A stretch of DNA of 47,237 nucleotides from Octopus bimaculoides. Lineage: Eukaryota. Below the pieces are notes generated by a model. The model saw only the letters and a program-made list of their open reading frames with translations, was not told the origin of the DNA and did no database searches. Position numbers and translations under genes: made by a program. The stretch lies in NCBI RefSeq assembly GCF_001194135.2, contig NC_068992.1, positions 4,063,247 through 4,110,483 on the forward strand, in the 5' to 3' direction. Numbering within the stretch: position 1 is the stretch's first letter; the number at the start of each line of letters is the position of its first letter. This document shows, one piece after another, positions 35,450 to 47,061 of this stretch.

Positions 35450-35661
35450 CCTATATATGTATATGAGTTCAAATCCTGCCAAGGTCATATTTGCTTTTCA
35501 TCCTTCACGTAACCACTTCAGTGATATGAACGATGTGACCAGTACTTCTCATAGCGGTAGCCGTTTCTCTCAAATGGTGGTGCGAAGATTTAAAAAGAAG
35601 TAGCGCTACAAAATGATAGCTTTGAACTCAGCAGTTAGAAATTTAAGGTTGAATGTTATGC

Positions 35662-35830
35662 TACATGTCCGCTAAGTTCACTGTCATCAATTCACCGCAG
35701 GGTCTCCATTACTTATGTTTCTTTCCATTTTTTTTTTCAATTAAGTAGTGAGAGGGATATATTGTCTTGGTAAACTTTCCTCGTGGTGGACTTTCCTCGC
35801 GGTGAATTGATGGTGGTGAACTTATATGTA
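35662..35830. mobile_element. Unclassified MITE with 26-bp inverted arms and 16-bp subterminal direct repeats
   Basis: TAAGTTCACTGTCATCAATTCACCGC (35673-35698) versus reverse complement of 35799-35824 (23/26); outer ends TACAT / ATGTA; ACTTTCCTCG(T/C)GGTG x2. Confidence 0.7.
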
Positions 35831-36074
35831 ATCGTGCTAATAGAATCTAGTAGAATGTGCGATCTTGTTGAAATAGAAGGCCAGAAATTGCGGCTGGTGG
35901 AGTCGCAGAAATCTTGCAACAACCACGTCTGACTTTTCCTTGGAATATGGCAAGAAGACGAATTTTACTGTCACATCTATTGTCAATATTTATGTTCTCT
36001 AACACCATTGACTGTTTGCCTATACATCAAGATGTTCCTGGAAAAAAAAAAAATAGACATGAAAACATCATCAA

Positions 36075-36750
36075 ATTGGCCCAATCTTCCATTTCGAAAG
36101 CCTCCAGCTGGGTCAGGTTGGTCGGTTTCCTAGCTATCACTCTGATCTTCAAGTCACGCCACAAGTTCTCGGCCATTCTAGGACGTTGTCATCATTGTCC
36201 CTGAACCATTTCTTCACTACCTTGGCGGTATATTTCGGATTATTGTTCTGCTGGTCCTTCCAGGTGTGGCTGAGTTGGAGTTTCTCAGGAGATTGATTCA
36301 CGTTTTCATTTAGGACCTCTAGCAAATACCAAATGAGCCTCCAGATGTTTCTTCCTGAACAGCGGCGCCTTCCTAGGCCTACGTCCATTGAGACCTCCTC
36401 TGTGCAAGACTTGCTCAATGATGGACCGTAATACCTTCGTCACTTCCTGGTCAAGCGTTTCATTTAGGGGCTCGGTTGTGGTCCGGGGGTAGCTGTTGAT
36501 CTCACGGTAAATTTTCCTGGCTAATTTGGGAGACACTTCACGCTTCCTGCCACGCCCACTAAGGCTTTTTACAGTGTTGAACCTCTTGTGCTTCTTAATT
36601 GTGCTCTGGACGGTTGCCACATAGTCATCATATTGCTTTCAAATGACCTTGTGACGCTTTCCTTCACTGTGGGCTCGCACGAGAAGTTGACGTGGCTCCT
36701 CGCTTGATGATCAGAAACAGAGAATGACCAGAACATATTTTCTCTATTTA
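36075..36750 (-). mobile_element. Tc1/mariner (Tc1-type) transposase pseudogene, internally deleted
   Basis: GKRHKVI*..VATVQSTIKKHKRFNTVKSLSGRGRKR...GLNGRRPRKAPL (paired-like HTH, GRPR-like), then LEVLNENV..TW..QQNNNPKYTAKVVKKWF..NVLEWP / ENLWRDLKIRV..KPTNLTQLEAF. The first catalytic D region and SPDLNPI are deleted. Confidence 0.9.
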
Positions 36751-36751
36751 T

Positions 36752-37121
36752 ACCTGACCTAGCTCGTGGCTTTCGCCAAGGAGGAGTGGGCCAACATCCC
36801 ACAGGAGACATGCAGGAAGCTTGTGAACACGTACAAGAATCGTCTAGAAGCAATCATAAAAGAGAAAGGATAAGTTATTGATTATTAAAAAGAGGTATAG
36901 AACTCATTAAACCTAGGATATGAATAATTTTGAACATGGCAATGTTTGAAAATCCATGAATAAAATTAGCCCAGAAAGGAAAATTTTGTTGAATAGGGTA
37001 TTGTTATTCTTTCAGTTGTTCGTCACGTATAACTCGCAAACAAGCTTGACAAAATGCATTCATTTCATCACAAAAAATTCCCAAACTTAACAAAGGTTAG
37101 GAAGAATTTTGAGGACGACTA
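36752..37121 (+). mobile_element. Tc1 transposase C-terminus plus IR/DR-type terminal repeat
   Basis: LT*LVAFAKEEWANIPQETCRKLVNTYKNRLEAIIKEKG*VIDY*. Inner GAATAATTTTGAACATG and outer GAAGAATTTTGAGGACGACT-A-TA direct-repeat-like motifs lie about 200 bp apart. Confidence 0.8.
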
Positions 37122-37125
37122 TATG

Positions 37126-37208
<83 letters not shown>

Positions 37209-37291
37209 NNNNNNNNNNGTGTGTGTGAATGTCGAAAAAGGAGTAGGAAAGATAACTAAAGACTACACATTTGGATCGTATTACCCCACCC

Positions 37292-37340
<49 letters not shown>

Positions 37341-37399
37341 GTTCAAAAAAACAATAACAAAAAAACAACAAAGTGAGGACGTGATATGGATAGAGAGAT

Positions 37400-37428
37400 A
37401 ACTATATCAGATAGACACATAAATAGAC

Positions 37429-37462
<34 letters not shown>

Positions 37463-37468
37463 GCAGAC

Positions 37469-37502
<34 letters not shown>

Positions 37503-37565
37503 GTTGATAAATAGAAAGATAGATAAATAGATAGATAAATAGATAGATAGAAAGATAGATAGATT
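37400..37565. repeat. (GATA)n/(GACA)n microsatellite
   Basis: Direct reading. Confidence 0.95.
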
Positions 37566-37732
37566 CCTATGACTTGTGTACGTGACAAAATCTCATCTAA
37601 ATTGATAAACAAACATAATTCTCTGTTTTTATGGCTTTTTCCCTTTCTCTTTCTTGTTCACTTTCTGCTTATTTTCGTCATTCTTTTCTGACACGTATAT
37701 AAACATCCACATCCACACATACATATAAGTAT

Positions 37733-37781
<49 letters not shown>

Positions 37782-38490
37782 TATACATATGCATATATAC
37801 ATACACACATATATACGCGCACACACACACACACACACTAACGCACATACACGCGTATATATTTTCCTATACATAGCACATTATAAGCTTCTAGCCTGTA
37901 GCTCGTGTGTGTGTGCGTGTGTGCGCGCACGTGTGTGTCTATGTACGTGTACGTGTGTGTCTATGTACGCACGTGTGTGTCTATGTACGCATGTGCATAG
38001 GTTTCTCGCGCATTGCGTGTATTATCACAATAAGAATGCAAGTTGTATCCTTTAGCAATTTAGGTCAAGGAGAAGCGTTTCATAACTAGAGCAACGATTG
38101 TTCATTATTTGTAAACATTACCACGTGGTCTGGCTGTATGTTTCTTTTCTGACCCAGTTTTAATGATTGGTTAAGGTTAATTACCAGTAAAGGCTGTTTT
38201 ACTCAAAGTACTTTAGTTAACGTCTTGTTTAACACTGTTCTTTTTGTTCGCTCATGTGCATATATCTGTCTGTGTACGTGCTTGTGTGCGTATGTGTTTG
38301 TGTGTGTGGTGTGTGTGGTGTGGTGTGTGTGGTGTGTGTGTGTATGTGTGTGAAAGAACAAAAGGTTTAAAATGTACAAACACACACACATACACGTCCA
38401 TATAAACGTATATATGATCAAATGAAAATCAAAGCGTATATATATTTACATATATATTTACATATATATGTAAAAATATGTGTAAATCAT

Positions 38491-38673
38491 AGGAGTGACT
38501 GTCTGACAAGAAGCTTGTTTCGCAACCACATCGTTCTGGGTTCAGTTCCATCGCGTGGCACGTTGGGCAAGCCGCTTCTGCTAAAGCCTCGGGCAAATGT
38601 CTTCTACTATAGCCTCGGGCCGACCAAAGCCTTGTGAGTGGATTTGGTAGACGGAAACTGAAAGAAACCCATC
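38491..38673 (+). mobile_element. SINE family A 5' half with a 26-bp internal duplication
   Basis: Head, GGGTTCAGTTCC, core duplicated at 38565-38590 and 38591-38616, ends in the internal (TA)n. Confidence 0.85.
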
Positions 38674-40006
38674 ATATATATATGTATATATACATACACA
38701 TAACTATTCACACACAAACTTTATTCTGCCACTTATAAGGAACCTACACAAGTAACACCCTAAACTTTNNNNNNNNNNGTGTGTGTGTGTGTGTGTGCGT
38801 GTGTTCCTCTAGCATATATATGTATATATACATACACATAACTATTCACACACAAACTTTATTCTGCCACTTATAAGGAACCTACACAAGTAACACCCTA
38901 AACTTTAGCCACCGGTCTGAATACAAAAGTCTCCTGTCCCCCCTGTCACCACACAGATTAAATTCGGACTGCCTTGATTATAACTAAAGATGTTCACTCA
39001 ACCGTGTTGGCCTTCATTTTAGGTGCAAGATATACTGCAGGTACTTCATAACACCACGATGGCAAATTTTGTCGATTTCCGAGAGAAGTCGCAACTAGTT
39101 ACTTTTAAACTCTTCTTTGATCAATTAGATCAGATGTCAGTTAGTTGGAAAGCAACAATGCAGTTACTAAAAAGAAGGGTTGAAATTAACGCTTGTAAAA
39201 TTTCACAGCCGCAGTATCACTCCTTTATCGCCAGCCGATGAACATCCCAGCTCACTCTCGTGATTCGACATGTTTCACTGAGTTGTCTAAATGACACGGA
39301 GTCTTATCTCGCAGAAGATTTCTCACTCCCTCTTATTTAACTCAGACTAAAGCAGAGAAATGACTGAAGGGACAGACAGATTTCATTACCGGAATCCACT
39401 TAGAAGTGTTGGTAAAGCATTGACATTTATGAGAAGGTTGCCAACACAACGAGAGATAACAGATCTTGTGATTTTGAATAGGTTGCTTTTTAAATTACTT
39501 ATTGCATCATTTCACATAACTGTAGGAAATATATGTCAAGCTTTCCGATGAAAGTTCATTGTGAGAGACTTCATTTGCTTAACGTTGTAGGAATCAGGTA
39601 TGAGCTTCCATCTTAATGATCTTTATGAAAGGTTACATTCATAATTTATTTAAATCGTTGTTATTGTTCTAGCGTTATGGCCATCCATTGTTAGCAATGC
39701 CAACGCTACTAAATAAGTTATGTTTCTTCCTTTGTTCAAAGGCTTCTGGATGTCTCGTGGACACCTGCATCTGCATCTGAAAAAGTGTTTCCCAAAGTAA
39801 ATGATCACCGAGGAGCATTTACAGCATGGAAGACCAACAGTTGTCCTAGCAAACAGCTTGCCTCTCTAAGCTATTGTAGTTACCTATGATATATGAAAAA
39901 GAAAAACATGTTTTGATACTGTTTGCGGCCGATATTGTTGCAAACATTGCCATCATAACACTAAGTGCCGGAATTGATGCTGAAAAGCATTCACTCCGAC
40001 GCTCTC

Positions 40007-40211
40007 ATAATTCCTTTCCTACTCATGGCACAAGGCCCGAAATTTCGGGGGAAGGGGCCAGTCGATTAGATCGACCGCAGTACGCAACTGATACTTAATT
40101 TATGAACCCCGAAAGGATGATATGCAAAATCGACCATGGCGGAATTTGAACTCAGAATGTAAAGACGGACGAAATACCGCTAAGCATTTCACCCAGCGTG
40201 CTAACGTTTCT
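40007..40211 (-). mobile_element. SINE family B (tail B1), missing about 16 nt of its 5' end
   Basis: GGCACAAGGCCCGAAATTTCG..GCCAGTCGATTAGATCGAC...ATTTGAACTCAGAA..GCGTGCTAACGTTTCT. Confidence 0.9.
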
Positions 40212-40444
40212 TATTTCTTTATTGCCCACAGGGAGCTAAACATAGAGGGGACAAACAAGGACATACAAACGGATTAAGACGATTATATCGACCCCAGTGC
40301 GTAACTAGTACTTATCTAATCGACCCCGAAAGGATGAAAGGCAAAGTCGACCTCGGTGGAATTTGAACTCGGAACATAGCGGCAGACGAAATATCGCTAA
40401 GCATTTCGCCCGGCGTGCTAACGTTTCTGCCAGCTCACCGCCTT
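40212..40444 (-). mobile_element. SINE family B (tail B2), full length
   Basis: TTTCTTTATTGCCCACA..GCTAAACATAGAGGGGACAAACAAGGAC...GGCGTGCTAACGTTTCTGCCAGCTCACCGCCTT. Confidence 0.9.
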
Positions 40445-40467
40445 TAAAAAAGCATGAATGCATTTCC

Positions 40468-40516
40468 ATATTCTTTTCTACTCTAGGCACAAGATCCGAA
40501 ATTTTGGGGAGGGGGC
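40468..40516 (-). mobile_element. SINE family B tail B1, running into a gap
   Basis: TATTCTTTTCTACTCTAGGCACAAGATCCGAAATTTTGGGGGAGGGGGC. Confidence 0.8.
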
Positions 40517-41296
40517 NNNNNNNNNNNNNNNNNNNNNNNNNNNNNNNNNNNNNNNNNNNNNNNNNNNNNNNNNNNNNNNNNNNNNNNNNNNNNNNNNNNN
40601 NNNNNNNNNNNNNNNNNNNNNNNNNNNNNNNNNNNNNNNNNNNNNNNNNNNNNNNNNNNNNNNNNNNNNNNNNNNNNNNNNNNNNNNNNNNNNNNNNNNN
40701 NNNNNNNNNNNNNNNNNNNNNNNNNNNNNNNNNNNNNNNNNNNNNNNNNNNNNNNNNNNNNNNNNNNNNNNNNNNNNNNNNNNNNNNNNNNNNNNNNNNN
40801 NNNNNNNNNNNNNNNNNNNNNNNNNNNNNNNNNNNNNNNNNNNNNNNNNNNNNNNNNNNNNNNNNNNNNNNNNNNNNNNNNNNNNNNNNNNNNNNNNNNN
40901 NNNNNNNNNNNNNNNNNNNNNNNNNNNNNNNNNNNNNNNNNNNNNNNNNNNNNNNNNNNNNNNNNNNNNNNNNNNNNNNNNNNNNNNNNNNNNNNNNNNN
41001 NNNNNNNNNNNNNNNNNNNNNNNNNNNNNNNNNNNNNNNNNNNNNNNNNNNNNNNNNNNNNNNNNNNNNNNNNNNNNNNNNNNNNNNNNNNNNNNNNNNN
41101 NNNNNNNNNNNNNNNNNNNNNNNNNNNNNNNNNNNNNNNNNNNNNNNNNNNTATATATATATATATATCCATATGTGTGTGTGTGTGTGTGTGTGTCCAT
41201 GTATACATACGCATGTATGATTTTTCTTTGAGTTTAATTTAGGTTCTTGAGAGAGTTCAAGCCGGTTGCTAACAAAACAGCCAAAGTATTTGAGTT

Positions 41297-41362
41297 AAGA
41301 CAGACGAAATACCGCTAACCATTTCAGCCGGAGTGCTAACGTTTCTGCCAGCTCGCCACCTT
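41297..41362 (-). mobile_element. SINE family B head
   Basis: AGACGAAATACCGCTAACCATTTCAGCCGGAGTGCTAACGTTTCTGCCAGCTCGCCACCTT. Confidence 0.85.
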
Positions 41363-41365
41363 TAG

Positions 41366-41500
41366 ATCATAGATATTGCCATACCTGGGGAACAACGAGT
41401 GGATGACAAAGAACTGGAAGAGATTACAAAATACAAGCCACTAACAGATGGGACTGTACGAATAAAAGGCAATGAAGAAAGTAACATATATCCTAGCAGA
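41366..41500 (+). mobile_element. R4/Dong restriction-like endonuclease fragment
   Basis: IIDIAIPGEQRVDDKELEEITKYKPL matches the RLE pattern IID-x-AIP-x-D..EKE-x-EK..KY-x2-L. Confidence 0.75.
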
Positions 41501-42040
41501 AATATTTTCGTGGTCAGGCGAATGCAAATTAATATTTCTCATTTCCCAGCTTTTGATGAACCATAGGTAGAAGTTTCCGCGTCATATTGAAACAAGACTG
41601 AGTTTTATAAATAGCTCATAGGCGTCTACTTAAACATCTACTTACCAACTACACCATACTTTGCTGTCGAAATACACCTGAAGTCGTTACTCTACTTTAA
41701 AATATCAGAGACATTTCCCAGTTGTTCTCTCCTGCCCTGCTAAACTAGAATTAGTCAATTTGCTAATGAACTATTTACACCACTGTGAATAAAGTTTTAA
41801 AAATACAAATTTCTTGACTCACATCATTCATCAAATATGATGGCATCTACGTTACGAATAATATACAAGTATTCCTCATCTTACATCGTTTCCAGTTTCA
41901 GCTTTACGTCGTTTTCTCTTTTCAAGGAAATAATGGAAAAGACAAAACTCTATTTCAATCCATTTATCTTAGTTTACGTCGCTCTCGGTGGACATATTTA
42001 AAAGCACAAATAAAAAAAGCACATCTTCAAACCAGTACTA

Positions 42041-42247
42041 TATTCTTTTATTCTTTTATTCTTTCATTTGTTTCAGTCATTTGACTGAGGCCATACTGGA
42101 GAACCACCTTAAGGGGTTTTAGTCGAACAAATCGACCCGAGGACTTATTCTTTGTAAGCCTAGTACTTGTTCTATCGGGTCTTTTGCCGAACCGCTAAGT
42201 TACGGGGACATAATCACACCAACATCGGTTGTTAAGCTATGGTGGGA
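42041..42247 (-). mobile_element. SINE family A 3' half
   Basis: (TATTCTTT)n tail, GTTTCAGTCATTTGACTG.GGCCATACTGGAG..CCACCTT...GCCGAACCGCTAAGTTACGGGGAC. Confidence 0.9.
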
Positions 42248-43384
42248 GAACGATTAAGCAAAATTCAACTGTAGATAAGTACAAATCATGTAAAGGAACA
42301 TTATAAGCAAATAATTCTTTTAAAATGCTTGATCGCGTTACGTCGTTTTTCGACTTAATTCGCAAAACGACATGATACGTTTNNNNNNNNNNNNNNNNNN
42401 NNNNNNNNNNNNNNNNNNNNNNNNNNNNNNNNNNNNNNNNNNNNNNNNNNNNNNNNNNNNNNNNNNNNNNNNNNNNNNNNNNNNNNNNNNNNNNNNNNNN
42501 NNNNNNNNNNNNNNNNNNNNNNNNNNNNNNNNNNNNNNNNNNNNNNNNNNNNNNNNNNNNNNNNNNNNNNNNNNNNNNNNNNNNNNNNNNNNNNNNNNNN
42601 NNNNNNNNNNNNNNNNNNNNNNNNNNNNNNNNNNNNNNNNNNNNNNNNNNNNNNNNNNNNNNNNNNNNNNNNNTATATATATGTATGTATGTATGTACGT
42701 ATATATATAATAATATATTACGTGTATGTGCTTCATATGACGAAAGCATTTTCTGTTTCATTTTCTGTTTTGGTATTATTTTGATTTATTTATCTATATA
42801 TTTTTTACATTGTCTATATATAATTAGTTTTAGATAGTAATTAGTATTAAACTATTTAATCTTTTGTCTGCCAAAGTAGAGCAGTCTATTCAGATGTATT
42901 TTCATGTGGTTGTCCTAATGAATTATAAATATGTCTTTTTCTAAAGCATTCCTTTTTATGTGGGTGTCAGTTAATTCTTCTTGTGAAATTATTTGATAAT
43001 AGAATATTTTAATGAAATCTTGTTTGAGATTTATTTTCTGTAACAATTCATATGCAATCTTTATCTGCATTCATTTATAACTTGTTCTGCACGTATTTGA
43101 ATATTCCAAATGTTCGTTGAATGAGCATTTAGATTTACCAAATTAAAAGAAAAAAGCATTTTTGGGATTAAATAAAAGATTTTATAATGTAAATGGTACA
43201 TACATACATACATACATACGTACATATATCTAGTCTAGTAGTGGTATGCCCTTGGGCAGGTCCTGGATATGTGAGTCTGCCGCTGTTTAGTAGATTACTG
43301 GACCTTTGGCTACCAGGACTTGACATGAGATGAATACTGGGATAGTTACTGGTAGCCTTATCCAATCACTCTCTCTTTCTCTCT

Positions 43385-43570
43385 CTCACGCCATGATTGA
43401 CCGCTAAATCCACAGTCTTATTTTCTCGCTCTCTCTCTGTTTATTTCCTCATGTTCCTTTTTGTTGAAGAGCGTAGGCTCGAAACGTCAAAGACATTTCC
43501 ATTCTTCTCGAGCGTCAAACTAATACACATGCTTGTTGTCACCTATCTTGTCTTTTTCTGTACATTTGAA
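43385..43570 (+). mobile_element. Short Penelope-like terminal element with a degenerate hammerhead
   Basis: Contains the hammerhead-shaped motif below; non-coding, flanked by (CT)n and (CATA)n. Confidence 0.55.
43457..43492 (+). ncRNA. Degenerate minimal type I hammerhead-like motif
   Basis: Stem I CUUU/AAAG; core UUGUUGA (C3U and A6U versus CUGAUGA) plus an extra A; stem II GAGC-GUAG-GCUC; GAAA; ACGU; triplet GUC. Confidence 0.6.
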
Positions 43571-44261
43571 CCTGGACAATACATATACATACAAACATAC
43601 ATACATACATATNNNNNNNNNNNNNNNNNNNNNNNNNNNNNNNNNNNNNNNNNNNNNNNNNNNNNNNNNNNNNNNNNNNNNNNNNNNNNNNNNNNNNNNN
43701 NNNNNNNNNTATATATATATATATATATATATATATGTAATATGTGTGTGTATGTGTGTATGTGACTACTAAACCTAATGCATTCTTGTCTTACAGGAGG
43801 TAGAGAAAATACTTTCAGAATGCCAAACTAGGAAACGATTTCACTTCTAAGATTTTAAAATACTCAGTAGCAATCTATATGGTAATTAAGAGTTGTGCAT
43901 ATGTGTGTATGTGTATATGTGTGTATGTGTGTGTGTGTGTGTGTGTGCCAGTGGGTACGTATGCGTCTGTATCTGTGTACGTGTGCGCCTCTGTGTGTAC
44001 GTGCGTGTATATATGTGTGTGTATGTATATTCGTATGAGCGTTCCAAATCTTCGCTTTTCCTTCAAAGATCCAGTAGTTTTACCTGCTGCATGAGTTCTT
44101 GTGACTGCAGGTACACATATGTGTGAGTGTTTGTATACAAATACAGATTTGAAGGTAACATGAGAAGGGAAAATTCCTTTCACTGCTCCATGCAGGTGCA
44201 ATGAAAGTAAAACCAGAACACCAGGTTCTCTCTCCCCACCCTCACTCCAACCTGTGCTCTC

Positions 44262-44345
44262 TCTCTCTCTGTCTTACCCTCTCTCTGTCTTACCCTCTCT
44301 CTGTCTTACCCTCTCTCTGTCTTACCCTCTCTCTGTCTTACCATC
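44262..44345. repeat. 16-bp minisatellite (CTCTCTGTCTTACCCT) about x5
   Basis: Direct reading. Confidence 0.9.
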
Positions 44346-45412
44346 TCTCCTACCTTCCCCCTCCCTCTCTCTTACCCTCTCTGTCCCACACTCGTTGCGC
44401 ATATCTCTATAGAAGTATTTATACTGCACATACAACTTCACAGCGCTCTTGTTCTGCAGCTTATGTTTGATTTCTTTTTTTTTTTTCTATGTATAAAAGA
44501 AGGGCTTTCCCTCAAAAATATTAAAATAGCTGAGCTGTGGTAAGGCAGGTTTTTTTTTCCACCCGCCCCATTTCTCTCTATTTAGCTTTCGCTATTTTTT
44601 TTCTACAGAACTAAAATATACGGTTCACATTTGGTTCTCTGCCAAATATAACATTTCAGTACAAACATTTCTATCAATCATTGATCTATTATGTTTCATC
44701 AGTTCTTAGTTCTCTTTCTCTTTCTTTTTTTTTCTTGGGTAGTTTCCCCCATCTGTTTCTATTGCATCATACAAAAACAGCACATTTTAACTATGAATAT
44801 TACATACATCTATTTACATTCAACTTTACTCTCTGCTTAGCATTATATGCAGACAGCACACATCAGCGCCCTCATATACATGTACACACACACTTCATAC
44901 ACACATACATATTATACATGTGCATGTACGCGTGTATGTATGTAAAAGAGCCCTAGTGTGGGTGAGATGAAAGATATGGAGGGAAGGAATTTAGGATGAG
45001 CAAATATACTGAAAAAACGTGAGTAGGCAGATAGTATATACGTAGGGATATGTAGTCCGTTGTAACCTTGTCAAAGTGATGCAGAGGTCAACTTAGCAAA
45101 AACATGCGCAACAACTAGTTCCACCATAAACATAGAAGTAAACAGACAGACGCTTATATAAAGATATAGAGAGACTATATATATATGAGCAGAGAATGTG
45201 CAGTTCCGTATGCAACCCACAATATTTTGTTATGCTCCTTCATCCATAGTCATTCCCTATGCATATGTTTGTCTGTGCGTGCGTATATGTGAACGTATGT
45301 AATCATATATGCATTTATGTATGTATATGTGTGTGTATGTATGCATTAGGTGCAAGCGTGGCCGTTTGGTGAGAAAATTGCTTGGTAACCCCGTTAAATC
45401 CTTGCTTTGTCG

Positions 45413-45658
45413 CAATGTTTCTCAAGCACGTTTTTTACCTGCGGACCCCTTTGGTTACTCTTTCACTCAGATGGACACCTATAGCCATTCTATATTTAAA
45501 GAATTATGTTATATTTTTATAATTACGTATTACTAGAAACTATTTAAAGAAATTTTCGAAATATTTTGTACAACTTAGACGTATAACCAATTTGTTGCAG
45601 ATAAAATTTTACAACAAAATCTTATTCGGATTCTAGGGGCCCTGGTTGAGAATCCTTG
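45413..45658. mobile_element. hAT-like MITE, old
   Basis: Left CAATGTTTCTCAAGC and reverse complement of right CAAGGATTCTCAACC both resemble CAG(G/T)G-x-TTCTCAACC hAT termini; subterminal GGACCCC/GGGGCCC. No TSD retained. Confidence 0.55.
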
Positions 45659-46469
45659 TATTAAACCAATATATGAGTGTCAATGTTTATGTTATATTAA
45701 AGTTGACAATCTACTCACAGTTTCAACCTGAAGTGGGCTGCTAACGACAACGGTAAAGAGTTCCGCTAATGAAGAATCTCAGAGAAAATTGTCAAGATGG
45801 CTATAATAATGCCTCTAACGTCTACGTAGCGATTAAGATCTATACAAGATAGTGTTTACCCTAATTTCAATATATTATTGAAATATTCTGTCTCTGTTAT
45901 ATTTACTATTTGTGTATGCATGTGTCTATTTATGTATACGCAAATATATACGCTGCGGTGGACGGTTTTCTTGTTTAAATCCAAAATTTAATTACGTGAG
46001 GTATGGATATTCGCAAAACGAATTATGGCAATTTCGTCTCTCCTTCAGCTGTGCAATAGCTTTCACATATGCCCACATGTAAACTATTATATTTCCATGG
46101 CAGTTTCTTTGGAAAGACATCGTTTATAGGAATACACCTGATTGCAAATAAACAGCTAACTTTAGGCAATGGTGCACAACAGAAAAATTAATAACATCTA
46201 CAGAGTAATGCTTTACTTTTTATATTCACACTAGTTCATACATTTGAAGAATCGTCGTATATAGTTTAATAAAGCGAAATTTCATTAGCAGAACGCTACT
46301 TGTTCTGTGCACCTGAAGGAAACGAAAGGCAAATTGGAAACATGCTAGATTCTGCTTTTTCAGAATGCAAGTAAATCCTAATGCATAATAAGTCCAGCGT
46401 TCAACACACACATATATATATATATATATACACATATATATTATATATTATATACGTGCATACATACAT

Positions 46470-46520
<51 letters not shown>

Positions 46521-46757
46521 NNNNNNNNNNNNNNNNNNNNNNNNNNNNNNNNNNNNNNNNNNNNNNNNNNNNNNNNNNNNNNNNNNNNNNNNNNNNNNNN
46601 NNNNNNNNNNNNNNNNNNNNNNNNNNNNNNNNNNNNNNNNNNNNNNNNNNNNNNNNNNNNNNNNNNNNNNNNNNNNNNNNNNNNNNNNNNNNNNNNNNNN
46701 NNNNNNNNNNCTCTCTCTCTCGTTTAATATGTGTATTTGTGGATATGTATATACACA

Positions 46758-46812
<55 letters not shown>

Positions 46813-47061
46813 GTATTGGTCTAAATGCATATGTACACGTATATTGCATATGCATCGGTCTGTATGCATATATGTATGTATAGATAAACACACACACACA
46901 CACATATATTTATACATATACATTTATATACTAGTGAGTATTTGTATCTGTGATGTCTTGTATATATATATATATATATATATATAATACAAAGAATATA
47001 TATACATGTATACACACATATATGTACATACTTACATCTACATGTGTATATACATGCATAT

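Noticed and set aside
38675-38906. About 94-bp exact duplication across a 10-N gap
   Set aside because: Assembly overlap or haplotype artefact.
39740-39890. Unique sequence with splice-like signals on both strands
   Set aside because: No frame gives a convincing or recognisable peptide, and the competing parses cannot be resolved by eye.
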